A stretch of 55,697 nt of DNA from Candidatus Micrarchaeota archaeon (GTDB lineage Archaea > Micrarchaeota > Micrarchaeia > Anstonellales > JAGGVH01): contig JAGGVH010000039.1 in assembly GCA_021158105.1 (NCBI GenBank), positions 1 to 55,697 of the forward strand. The letters run 5' to 3'. This document shows, piece after piece, positions 45,932 through 55,028 of this stretch. The position numbers and the translations under genes were made by a program. Numbering within the stretch: the first letter of the stretch is position 1; each line of letters opens with the position of its first letter. The notes beneath the pieces were generated by a model. That model was not told where the DNA came from, searched no databases, and saw only the letters and a program-made list of their open reading frames with translations.

Positions 45932-46918
45932 ATGGTTTCATTAATAGAATTAAAGTTCATTGTTGAATACATAAAAAAAAGGACACTCAACAAAAGAATA
46001 AGTAAGATTTATATTGACAAAGATAACTTTATTTTTAAAATAAATGGTAATATGCTTTTTGTGATGTTGCCCACAACAATTTCAATAACACAAGCCAGGT
46101 TTAAGATACCGTTTAAACTTACAAACATGGCTACATTCCTAAGGAAACGATTGACAGGTCAGATAATCAATGAAATTGAATTGGTTAATTCTGACAGAAT
46201 TGTAAGAATCAGCACTGGAAAATATTTGATATACATTGAACTGTTTTCTAAGGGCAATCTTATCCTATGCAACAAAGAAAACAAAATTTTGATCGCAAAA
46301 AGGTATGAAGAAAGGAAAGGAAGAAGCATTAAAAAGAATAACAAATATCTGCCACCTGTAAACATCAAACCCATTGACTTTTCCAACAGCAGTGAAGTGT
46401 ATAACGTGCTGGCTACACACATTAAAAAAACTGATTCATTTGAAAAGGCATTGACAATCATGGGAATCAATCCAGAAGTGGTCAAGTTCCATAACAATGA
46501 AAAATATACAATTGTTGAAAACAACCAGATTTCTGATGAAAATATTAAAACAATTGCAGAAATAATCGCAAGATTGTGGAACTCTGAACCGTCTGATAAG
46601 TATGTTGAAAAAATCATCACAGAATCAAACAAAAAAATACTTAACATTATCGCATCATCTACTGCATCATCTGAAAAAATTAAAAAATTGAGTAGAATAA
46701 TTTCTGAGCAAAAGAAAAAGATTTCTGAGTCTGAAGATGACATTGAAAAGATTAACTCAAAAATAGATTTTATCCTAAACAATTATGAAACAATTGAAAG
46801 AATATTAAGAATGGTCAAACATAATCCTGATGGCATCAAAAATATCGAAAACGAATTAAACTGGAAAGTTAAAATAAAATATCCCAATGTTAAAATTGAA
46901 ATAGAAAAAAAGGATTAA
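45932..46918 (+). CDS. NFACT/Rqc2 (RqcH)-family protein, short form
   Basis: RISKIY, FLRKRL.GQII..IE....DRIVRI, IELFSKGNLILC, Y.PP NFACT-N motifs followed by a coiled coil. Confidence 0.8.
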   Translation: MVSLIELKFIVEYIKKRTLNKRISKIYIDKDNFIFKINGNMLFVMLPTTISITQARFKIPFKLTNMATFLRKRLTGQIINEIELVNSDRIVRISTGKYLIYIELFSKGNLILCNKENKILIAKRYEERKGRSIKKNNKYLPPVNIKPIDFSNSSEVYNVLATHIKKTDSFEKALTIMGINPEVVKFHNNEKYTIVENNQISDENIKTIAEIIARLWNSEPSDKYVEKIITESNKKILNIIASSTASSEKIKKLSRIISEQKKKISESEDDIEKINSKIDFILNNYETIERILRMVKHNPDGIKNIENELNWKVKIKYPNVKIEIEKKD

Positions 46919-47310
46919 ATTAAATAAGGTTTTAACAATTTTTCTGCTTTACGTTTCTTGTCCACTAATAATGAAACTACTGCCATTTTAGAACCTTTGC
47001 TCACTATATCAACCCTTAACAGTCTTACGCCATTGTCATCCAACATCTTTGATATTTTAAACAATTCGCCGGGCTGGTCCTTTAGAGCAACCAACATAAA
47101 TTTACCAAGCATAGTAGGTTCGTATTTGTTCTGCTGTAAGACACCAACTGCTTTTTTAGGGTCGTCAACTGTTAAATCAACAATTACCCTATCCCCTGTA
47201 TCAACATAATTTATATCTTCAATGTTGACCTTAGATTTACTAAGCAAATATGTAATATGAGCTAATACCCTCGGCTTACTCTCTAAATTAAGAATTATCC
47301 TTCCTTTCAT
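46915..47310 (-). CDS. Tandem ACT-domain protein
   Basis: ESKPRVLAHITYLLSKSKVNIE and KDQPGELFKISKML...GV ACT motifs. Confidence 0.88.
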   Translation of the reverse strand: MKGRIILNLESKPRVLAHITYLLSKSKVNIEDINYVDTGDRVIVDLTVDDPKKAVGVLQQNKYEPTMLGKFMLVALKDQPGELFKISKMLDDNGVRLLRVDIVSKGSKMAVVSLLVDKKRKAEKLLKPYLI

Positions 47311-47395
47311 ATGAATCACCCCCTTATTCAAACTAAAAGTAGAACAAAAGAAATATAAACCTAATTTCCCCTATTTTAGCAGGTAAGGTGATGTT

Positions 47396-47905
47396 ATGAT
47401 AAACAAAAAAATCCTTATTGGATTCTTAATGTTGCTTATGGTTGTGGGATATTCAACACCAAAGATGGATGTTTATTCTAATGGAAAAGTCATCACATAT
47501 AAAATTACTTCCACTGATGACTTTGGTAATTTAACATCATCAAGCGGGAGGATTACAATCAAAAAGAATGATTTGATTGTCTGGTCTGGGACAATATATT
47601 CCATAACTGGTGTTTACCAGTCAAATTTTACCACTACTGGACCGGGAGTGTACAAAATAATATACATCGAAGACGGAACGAGCAAAGTAGCAAGGGCCAC
47701 AGTTACAATCACAACTATCAAAAAGAAAACCAACCAAACTAATGCCACCACAGATAATAATGCCAATAAAAAAGATGTTACTATTTTCTCATTACAAAAT
47801 CCTTTGTGTTACGGCATCGTACTGGTTTTAATAATTCTATTAATTTACATATTATACTCAGGGTTTAAACCGCCAAAAAAGAAAACTGTGTTCAAATTCA
47901 AGTAA
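47396..47905 (+). CDS. Secreted/membrane-anchored small Ig-like protein
   Basis: Signal peptide, beta-rich core (PGVYKI), Thr/Asn linker, C-terminal TM plus basic tail. Confidence 0.7.
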   Translation: MINKKILIGFLMLLMVVGYSTPKMDVYSNGKVITYKITSTDDFGNLTSSSGRITIKKNDLIVWSGTIYSITGVYQSNFTTTGPGVYKIIYIEDGTSKVARATVTITTIKKKTNQTNATTDNNANKKDVTIFSLQNPLCYGIVLVLIILLIYILYSGFKPPKKKTVFKFK

Positions 47906-47927
47906 ACTATAAAGAAGAGGTGAAAAT

Positions 47928-48131
47928 ATGAGTATAGCAAAAGTTATTGAAATAATAGGCAAATCTGATAAGAGTTGGGAAGATGCAACAAAAGAAGCTG
48001 TTGAAACTGCATCAAAAACTATCAGAAACATAAAAGGTGTTGAGGTCATAGGACAAACAGCTAATGTCAAAGATGGTAAAATCACTAGTTATAAATCAAC
48101 AGTTAAGATAGTTTTTAAAGTTGAAGAATGA
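47928..48131 (+). CDS. Dodecin-family flavin-binding protein
   Basis: KVIEIIG.S.KSWEDA..EAV..ASKTIRNI, DGKI..Y...VKI.F pattern; GAGGTGA RBS. Confidence 0.92.
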   Translation: MSIAKVIEIIGKSDKSWEDATKEAVETASKTIRNIKGVEVIGQTANVKDGKITSYKSTVKIVFKVEE

Positions 48132-48190
48132 GTTTTCAGAATTCTAAGATTATTAAAAAATAAAAAATGATAAAGGTTATAATTGCTTAG

Positions 48191-48625
48191 TTACTTAACC
48201 TTAATCTTCTTCGCCTTCTTTTCCTTTACAGGTTTTGCCTTTGGAAGATAAACCCTTAAGACGCCATTCTTATATTCTGCCTTTGCCTTGCCGGGAATAA
48301 CCTCAACTGGAAGACTGACCATTCGCGAGAACCCGCTGTGCCTCCTTTCCTGATAATAATAATTCTTTTTCTTCTTTTCAGTTTTAAACTGCGACTCAGC
48401 TGATATCTTGATATGGTCTGGCTCAACTTCAATGTCAATGTCTTCCTTGTTGATCCCTGGCATGTCAGCAACTATTACCAACTCCTTACCCCTATCCTCA
48501 ATATCAAGAAGAGGCGCCTTAAACCCTGTCAAGTCCTCAAAAGAGAATGGTCGCACTGGCCAATTTATAAAATCACTCATCAATTCATTCCACGGGTCCC
48601 ATACTTTAATCCTCTTTTCAGTCAT
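48191..48625 (-). CDS. Small heat-shock protein Hsp20
   Basis: DIEDRGKELVIVADMPG, FSRMVSLP.EV, AEYKNGVLRVYLPK motifs. Confidence 0.95.
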   Translation of the reverse strand: MTEKRIKVWDPWNELMSDFINWPVRPFSFEDLTGFKAPLLDIEDRGKELVIVADMPGINKEDIDIEVEPDHIKISAESQFKTEKKKKNYYYQERRHSGFSRMVSLPVEVIPGKAKAEYKNGVLRVYLPKAKPVKEKKAKKIKVK

Positions 48626-48710
48626 TATACCACCTCAAAAAATTAGTAACACACTATTAAGAATTGAAAAATATTTTAAAGGTTACTGTAGTAGGTCTAA
48701 GTGTGATTTT

Positions 48711-49157
48711 ATGAATTATAAAAAGAATAAACCGTTTGTGATTTATAAGGCCAACAAAAACATTACAGGGTCAGCATTACAGATCGATTTCAATCCTGAT
48801 AAGAAATCTGTTTTTATAGATTGCACCAACCAGAAAACTATCGACAGGTTTGACTGGGACAACAAGATAACATTCAAACTCTCATCATCAGACATTGCAC
48901 AAATATTAAGCGTATTAAGAAATGATGTTCAAACTATTAAACTGTTCCATCAACCTTCAAAAGGAGAATATAAGAGTTCACAGAATATCAAAAATACAGT
49001 GGTCAATTTTTCAAAGACACAAACCGGATTTTCAGCGCGTATCAGTCAACAGACAACTGATAAACTTAAAACAGTAACAATAAACATATCAAAAAGCGAA
49101 GGAGTAATACTAACAATATTATTATCAAAAGCTATTGAAGAGATATATGGATGGTAA
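48711..49157 (+). CDS. Whirly-like ssDNA-binding protein (148 aa)
   Basis: IYK...AL, FDWDNKITFKLSSSDI, LFHQPSKG, ISKSEG.IL...IYGW match plant Whirly motifs from memory; real start 48711, not 48408. Confidence 0.7.
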   Translation: MNYKKNKPFVIYKANKNITGSALQIDFNPDKKSVFIDCTNQKTIDRFDWDNKITFKLSSSDIAQILSVLRNDVQTIKLFHQPSKGEYKSSQNIKNTVVNFSKTQTGFSARISQQTTDKLKTVTINISKSEGVILTILLSKAIEEIYGW

Positions 49158-49161
49158 CAAC

Positions 49162-49899
49162 TCATCCATACGTGCCCAGCGATTCCATCTTACGATATTT
49201 ATCTTGTTCACTTCTGGCCCTTGACACAATCTTCTGTGTGGTTTCTTCAAGTTCTTTTGCTTCTCTTTCAAGCGTTTTAGTGTCAATGTTGGGTGGTATG
49301 ATCTTGTTCAATACTTTGACAACCATTGACGCAGCACCGGGGTCGATATACTCTGACTTTGCCTCTGCAAGCAGAGAGATCACTGGAAAGTTATTAATTT
49401 TTCCCTTTGCAAGCAACATGGCGGTCACACCAGTGGTTGCACCTTCCTTGATAAGCTCTACAGATTTGATCTTGGCAAGCTTTTTCAGGTCGCTTTCAAG
49501 CGAAGTGATGGAATACACAGTATCCTGCTCGCCTTTGATTGTAATACTTCCTAATGAAATGATCTTTTCAATGTTGTTCTTCTTAGCAAAATCAAAAATT
49601 AAATCTGCAAGCTCGTTAACCAATGGTGTAGGAACAACAAACTCTGACAACAACGCAAACATGTTTTCCTTTTTTGAGTAATATAAACGCATTGGGTATG
49701 TCGGTGTAAACTTATGGATTGCAATGATTGGAGGAAAGTATGGCGAGTATACATAACCTACCATCTCAAGCCCGAGCTTTTGAACTATGTATGACGTTGC
49801 AATGGTTCCAACCAGACCTACTCCTGGCAACCCTTCAATAAAAACTCCGCCCTTCTTAGGCTTAATTTTTTTAATCATTCTAATTTCAATCTTTCTCAT
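49162..49899 (-). CDS. Proteasome assembly chaperone (PAC2/COG1938 family)
   Basis: IEGLPGVGLVGTIA, PMRLY, SEFVVP, TTGVTA.LL, DPGAA, IDTKTL motifs. Confidence 0.9.
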   Translation of the reverse strand: MRKIEIRMIKKIKPKKGGVFIEGLPGVGLVGTIATSYIVQKLGLEMVGYVYSPYFPPIIAIHKFTPTYPMRLYYSKKENMFALLSEFVVPTPLVNELADLIFDFAKKNNIEKIISLGSITIKGEQDTVYSITSLESDLKKLAKIKSVELIKEGATTGVTAMLLAKGKINNFPVISLLAEAKSEYIDPGAASMVVKVLNKIIPPNIDTKTLEREAKELEETTQKIVSRARSEQDKYRKMESLGTYG

Positions 49900-49976
49900 T
49901 TACTCACCTTTACCATTATATTGGTAAAAAATACTCAAAGTTAATATTTATATGCTTTTGTATTTGTCTGAAAAAT

Positions 49977-51731
49977 TTAAATGATCTTATAACTCAATGC
50001 TGCATTATAAAGTATGGTTGATGAAATTGCAATCAACGTTATATATATTATGGCCTTTTTAGGTTCACCTTCCTGCTGTGCAATCATTATACCAGAAATG
50101 ATACTAAACAGGATCAGATAAACCTGGGTTGCATCCTTGACAGTGCCCAACAATTCAACAGGATGTGCACCGCCAGCCATTAAACTAATTAAACCTTCAC
50201 TGTTGAGCGAACCCACCACTTGAACTATACTTCCAAGGATTAACGGAACAAGTATCGCACCGCCAAGGAGCAATGTATATTTTTGCAAGGATAATACCGA
50301 CTTCCGTTGTGAAATGAGGTTGAAAAGCGAATAAATGTCTTCTGCTGTCTCGCGCAGTGCAGTGTACATATCTGCCCCTGCATAATACCCGTGAATCATT
50401 AACCTCACAGAACGTTCTATCAACAACGAGTTATTTCTTTCAGCTATGTCCATCAACGCCTTTTCAATGTCCTCACCTGCAGAAATCTGGCGGTATGCAA
50501 TCTTAAATTCATTACCCAGTGGCCCTTTATGCCTGCCAATCTCTTTTATTATGTTCTCAGTGCTCATTCCTTTCTGCAACATTGCAGCATGTGTCAACGC
50601 ATCTGGCAAAGACTTCTCCATCTTGATTATCCTGTTCTCAGCAAGGAACAATAGATAAAAATAAATCATAAACGGAGAAATCAATGAAATGAATGATAAT
50701 AAATAGAATGCAGAGGAGAAATAATATCCCATTATTATAAACAGTATAAACAATAGCGCTGCAAACAATGAAACCTTAACAAACAAACGTTTGATAGGTG
50801 CAACGTCGTTCTCATCATCAACCTTAATCCACTTCTTATCCCCCATAAACCTCTGGATTACTATTAAATCCTTATCAAAAGATGACTTGTGCAATGTTGC
50901 AGACGGAGGAGTTGACAGATTAATAAATATTAAAGAAATCAAACTTATAACCGGAAACACAAAAACAAAGAGCAGCCACACATGCAACGGTGTTAGAATT
51001 ATACTACCAAACAAACTACTGATCGATATAAATATCTGAAAAAATGCGGGCATAAGACAAGATACTGCTATGAATATTAACCCTGTAAACGCCATCTTAG
51101 ATTCAAACGCTTTAAGCTCAGATGTCTGGAGATCAGTCAACTGGCCGGCAATCTGTTTAATCTCATCACCTCTCCCGCCCTTCTCATAATTCATTATCAA
51201 TTGGTTAACAACCCTGTTAAATGTTTCAGAATCAACCCTGTCAGTCATGTGCTGTAATGCAACAGGAATGGGTATGCCCGACTTAATTTCTCTGTGTGCA
51301 ATGGTAAACTCTTTTGATACCTCATAATCCTCGTTTGCAATGTTTTTTATTATCTTTTCAAACCTAATCTTTATATCAAGCTGTATGCCGATCATCCTGA
51401 GCACAGTGGGAAGTTCAGCTTCTATAAGTTTTCCTCTACGCTTAGCTTCAAATGAAGGGTAATACTTTAAACCGAGATAACATAAAAGAAACGTTAACAA
51501 ACTCACAACAAAAGTCCATACAACCTCCTTGATTATTACAAAAGTCATCAGACCAACGTAAGCAGTAAACAAAAAGGATAACACCAGAACAAACGACAAG
51601 TACTGCTCAACTGAAACATTCATCTGCGCCATGTCAAGTTTCTTATGAATCTTTTCCTTAGTGTTCTTTGAAAATGTGTTACCCAACCATTTCCCAAACT
51701 TCTTAGATATCTGCACTACCAATTTCTTCAT
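49977..51731 (-). CDS. Type II secretion F / TadC-like pilus platform protein (two T2SSF domains)
   Basis: ELPTVLR, SKEF...G.P...AL, LPDAL, LGNEF..AYRQI.AG.DIE.AL; multiple TMs. Confidence 0.88.
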   Translation of the reverse strand: MKKLVVQISKKFGKWLGNTFSKNTKEKIHKKLDMAQMNVSVEQYLSFVLVLSFLFTAYVGLMTFVIIKEVVWTFVVSLLTFLLCYLGLKYYPSFEAKRRGKLIEAELPTVLRMIGIQLDIKIRFEKIIKNIANEDYEVSKEFTIAHREIKSGIPIPVALQHMTDRVDSETFNRVVNQLIMNYEKGGRGDEIKQIAGQLTDLQTSELKAFESKMAFTGLIFIAVSCLMPAFFQIFISISSLFGSIILTPLHVWLLFVFVFPVISLISLIFINLSTPPSATLHKSSFDKDLIVIQRFMGDKKWIKVDDENDVAPIKRLFVKVSLFAALLFILFIIMGYYFSSAFYLLSFISLISPFMIYFYLLFLAENRIIKMEKSLPDALTHAAMLQKGMSTENIIKEIGRHKGPLGNEFKIAYRQISAGEDIEKALMDIAERNNSLLIERSVRLMIHGYYAGADMYTALRETAEDIYSLFNLISQRKSVLSLQKYTLLLGGAILVPLILGSIVQVVGSLNSEGLISLMAGGAHPVELLGTVKDATQVYLILFSIISGIMIAQQEGEPKKAIIYITLIAISSTILYNAALSYKII

Positions 51732-51772
51732 TACTCCACCCACCAATACAATGACAAAAAATCATGCATCAA

Positions 51773-53143
51773 TTATAAAGATAACCCATAACCAAACTTT
51801 TGGATTTCATTGACAGCAGTGGCAAAGTCCCATTTCTTTTTCATATTCTTCTTAAGGAACTCTTTACGCTTCTTAATCTCTGCCAAGGTATCTTTTTTTG
51901 TCATGCCCAGTGATGACGATAATCTGGACAACAATTCAGAATCTTGATAATTGGGCTTCCATTTATCTTCTTCATAATCATACACAAACAAAGGATTAGT
52001 CCTGCCAATGTTTTTCTTGTCAACCTCTACAATCTCAACAATTCGTCTGACTTCAACAGAATTTCTTGTTTTGATGTTATACTTCATCATCCTCCTCTGG
52101 ATAACAATCACATCAATAGATGGAAGGTCAATGTCTAAGACGCCAAGAGAACGTAACCGGTTCAAAGCTTCAACTGACGACTGGGCATGAAATGTGGCAT
52201 AACTGCCCCTAGCCTGCCCGCTTAATATTGTATCCATTAATGCTGACACTTCTTCGCTTGTCCTAACCTCGCCGACTATTACTCTGTCGGGCCTCATCCT
52301 AAGAGAATCTGAAACAAGGTTTGACAACGTAATGTTCAATTCAGGGTTTGAAATCAGTTTAACGATGTGCTTATGAGGAATATTGATCTCAGGAGTTTCT
52401 TCAGTTATCAATACCCTTTCATTCAACGGAATGTATGAGAACAACGCATTCAACGTAGTTGTTTTTCCTGAAGCAGTATTGCCTGCTATGAGTATTGAAA
52501 TATCAGACTGCATAAGAAACCATAACAATGCCATTGCTTCATCAGAAACAGTTTTGAAGGCCAACAGGTCAAAAACAGTCATAGGATTTTCCCTGAACTT
52601 GCGAATCGTAACCTCAACGTTTGATATTGGCGGGATTGAGGCGTGCAACCGTGACCCGTCAGGAAGGATAGCATTAAGCCGCGGGTTCTTATACGTTATC
52701 CGCCTGCCGATCGTGCGCGACATTTTGTTTATGAGATTGATTGTGAATTCTAAGTCGTCATAATAAAGATTGGTTTGTTTCCATCCCTGTTTTCTTATAT
52801 AAACATACACTGGCTTGCCAAGGCCTATTATTCCAATCTCCTCAATACTATTGTCCTTTAAAAGTTCTTCCATCCCAGCAAACCCATATATGTGATAAAC
52901 TGTCATCTTTGTTAAGTATTCTTCCTGATCCTCATCAATCATAATCTCCTCAGATTCACAATACTTCATAAGAAGTTTATGAATCTCCTTCTTGGCCTTA
53001 TCAGGACTGTCAAACTCCTTATACTTGGTAATCTCTTTAAACATGTTTTCAATGTGATTTATAACTTCAATCTCATCATCGCTAAGGACAGGAAGATTAA
53101 CTTTGTATTCACCGCCCTTACCAATGTGCCAACCAAGAGACAA
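51773..53143 (-). CDS. Type II/IV secretion ATPase (CpaF/TadA/VirB11 family)
   Basis: LPDGSRL, TIRKF, GNTASGKTTTLNAL, ITEETPE, LRMRPDRVIVGEVR, TFHA motifs. Confidence 0.95.
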   Translation of the reverse strand: MSLGWHIGKGGEYKVNLPVLSDDEIEVINHIENMFKEITKYKEFDSPDKAKKEIHKLLMKYCESEEIMIDEDQEEYLTKMTVYHIYGFAGMEELLKDNSIEEIGIIGLGKPVYVYIRKQGWKQTNLYYDDLEFTINLINKMSRTIGRRITYKNPRLNAILPDGSRLHASIPPISNVEVTIRKFRENPMTVFDLLAFKTVSDEAMALLWFLMQSDISILIAGNTASGKTTTLNALFSYIPLNERVLITEETPEINIPHKHIVKLISNPELNITLSNLVSDSLRMRPDRVIVGEVRTSEEVSALMDTILSGQARGSYATFHAQSSVEALNRLRSLGVLDIDLPSIDVIVIQRRMMKYNIKTRNSVEVRRIVEIVEVDKKNIGRTNPLFVYDYEEDKWKPNYQDSELLSRLSSSLGMTKKDTLAEIKKRKEFLKKNMKKKWDFATAVNEIQKFGYGLSL

Positions 53144-53152
53144 TCAATCACC

Positions 53153-53557
53153 TTATGGACCATGTGTACAAAATTCATTATAAACAATATAACTACATGT
53201 TCCTGGTGAGGCCCCAGAACCAAGACCATCACAAGTTATTGTAACACCGCTTGCCTTCAAAAGCATTGCTAATATGCGCGGGACAATCTGTATTATCACC
53301 CAACCAATGATTGCACCGAATATCGCAGACTGCGCCCATACACTGGCACGCGCCCTCATCTGCGCATCACCCAACTGCCCTGCAAGATAAACAAGTGCAG
53401 CAAATGTTACAAGCAGGTATGCCAAAGGGCCTATCAAACCCATTAGACCATCACACAAATTAAGGAGCGCTTCTGCCAAAGGGTCAGTATCTGCATACAA
53501 CAGTCCAATCATCAATAAAATCATAATACTTGTAAATAATAATGTCTTCTTTAACAT
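53153..53557 (-). CDS. TrbC/VirB2-like pilin with Sec-type signal peptide
   Basis: Signal peptide (..LLYA|D), two hydrophobic helices joined by G-D-AQMRARAS linker, AIFGAIIG; no class III signal seen. Confidence 0.7.
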   Translation of the reverse strand: MLKKTLLFTSIMILLMIGLLYADTDPLAEALLNLCDGLMGLIGPLAYLLVTFAALVYLAGQLGDAQMRARASVWAQSAIFGAIIGWVIIQIVPRILAMLLKASGVTITCDGLGSGASPGTCSYIVYNEFCTHGP

Positions 53558-53682
53558 TCTAAATCACCTTTGTATTCTTATTTAAAGGTTAAATATAAAA
53601 AGCATTCGCTAAAAGAATATTTAACTGCATATTAAACATTAAACGATATATTTAAATACTCTTTTACATATAATACAATATT

Positions 53683-54987
53683 ATGACACAAAAAATAAAG
53701 ATTAAATTTTATGGGGCCGCAGGTGAAGTTGGACGCAGTGCAATCCTAATCAAAACTGACAGAAACATTTTGCTTGACTTTGGTGCTAAACAAATCAATT
53801 CTGACAATAAAATTGAATATCCTATAATGCCTGAGGAGAATGTTGATGCAGTCATACTTTCACATGCACATTTTGACCACTCAGGTGCAATACCAATGTT
53901 ATTTTCTAATGGCAGAAAAATCCCTGTTTATATGACACAAGGAACAAAGGTCCAGACTGAAATCATATTATACGACTCAATATGCAACATAGGAAACAGT
54001 GAAATGACCCCTGAAATGTTAAACTCTGCTCTTGAACATTTCAAGGTTGTTTCGTTCGGTCATGTTTTTAGGATTGGCGATACTGAAATCACATTATACC
54101 GCGCGGGGCACATCCCTGGCTCAGCATTCGTTGACATAAGGTACAAAGGTGAACGATTGATTTACACCGGCGACTTTAATCTGAATGATACAAGACTATT
54201 GCACGGTGCAGATATCACACCATTAACCACCGGTCCAAAGATTGATTACCTTATTTCTGAGAGCACATACGCCAGGAGGGATCATCCAGACAGAGAACAA
54301 ACTGAACATGAATTTATTGAAGCAATAAAAAAAGGATTGGAAAGAGGTAGAGTTTTGATACCTTCTTTTGCCATACAACGAACCGCAGAAGTATTAAGGG
54401 TAATATTTGAACACTTGAACTTCAACAGCAATAATCATAATTACAATCATCACAAAAAGAATCATAAAAACAGAACAAAGGTTTATGTCCACGGTATGGG
54501 GTTAACAATAACACAGAAATACCTTAAATTAGATGAAGTTAAACGTTTAGATAAACTAAAATATATCCTTAAGAAGATTGTTGAGGTGCACACATCATCA
54601 ACTGCAAACCGCGCGCTCAGAGAACACAGTATAATCATATCAACAGCCGGCATGATGAACGGTGGCCCAGTTTTAAAGTATGCAGTAGAACTTAACAGCA
54701 AAGATACAATCATACTTCCAGGTTATTGTGTAGAAGGAACCAATGGGAGAAAACTGATGGATGAGCACATCATAACATTGGACGGATTTGATATACCTAT
54801 GCCTGTTAAAGTTTTACATTTTAGTTTCTCAGCACATGCAGACAGGTCAGACCTTTTAAGGTTATACAATGCTGTTGCACCAAGAAAAATATTCATTGTC
54901 CACGGGGATTACACACAAGAGTTTACTGGTGAACTTATAAACATGGGATTTGATGCAGTAGCACCAAAGCTCGGCGATGAGTTTTAA
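53683..54987 (+). CDS. MBL-fold beta-CASP ribonuclease (aCPSF-like)
   Basis: FYGAAGEVGRS, LSHAHFDHSG, AGHIPGS, TGDF, ESTY, FSAHAD motifs. Confidence 0.93.
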   Translation: MTQKIKIKFYGAAGEVGRSAILIKTDRNILLDFGAKQINSDNKIEYPIMPEENVDAVILSHAHFDHSGAIPMLFSNGRKIPVYMTQGTKVQTEIILYDSICNIGNSEMTPEMLNSALEHFKVVSFGHVFRIGDTEITLYRAGHIPGSAFVDIRYKGERLIYTGDFNLNDTRLLHGADITPLTTGPKIDYLISESTYARRDHPDREQTEHEFIEAIKKGLERGRVLIPSFAIQRTAEVLRVIFEHLNFNSNNHNYNHHKKNHKNRTKVYVHGMGLTITQKYLKLDEVKRLDKLKYILKKIVEVHTSSTANRALREHSIIISTAGMMNGGPVLKYAVELNSKDTIILPGYCVEGTNGRKLMDEHIITLDGFDIPMPVKVLHFSFSAHADRSDLLRLYNAVAPRKIFIVHGDYTQEFTGELINMGFDAVAPKLGDEF

Positions 54988-55028
54988 CTAAACCTTTTCT
55001 CATTTTTCAGTTGTTCAAAAATCAAAAA

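Noticed and set aside
48408-48710. N-terminal 101 aa of the 249-aa ORF
   Set aside because: Overlaps hsp20 on the opposite strand; the Whirly-like domain starts at ATG 48711.
54415-54480. Asn/His-rich stretch in the beta-CASP nuclease
   Set aside because: Short low-complexity loop; catalytic motifs are intact.
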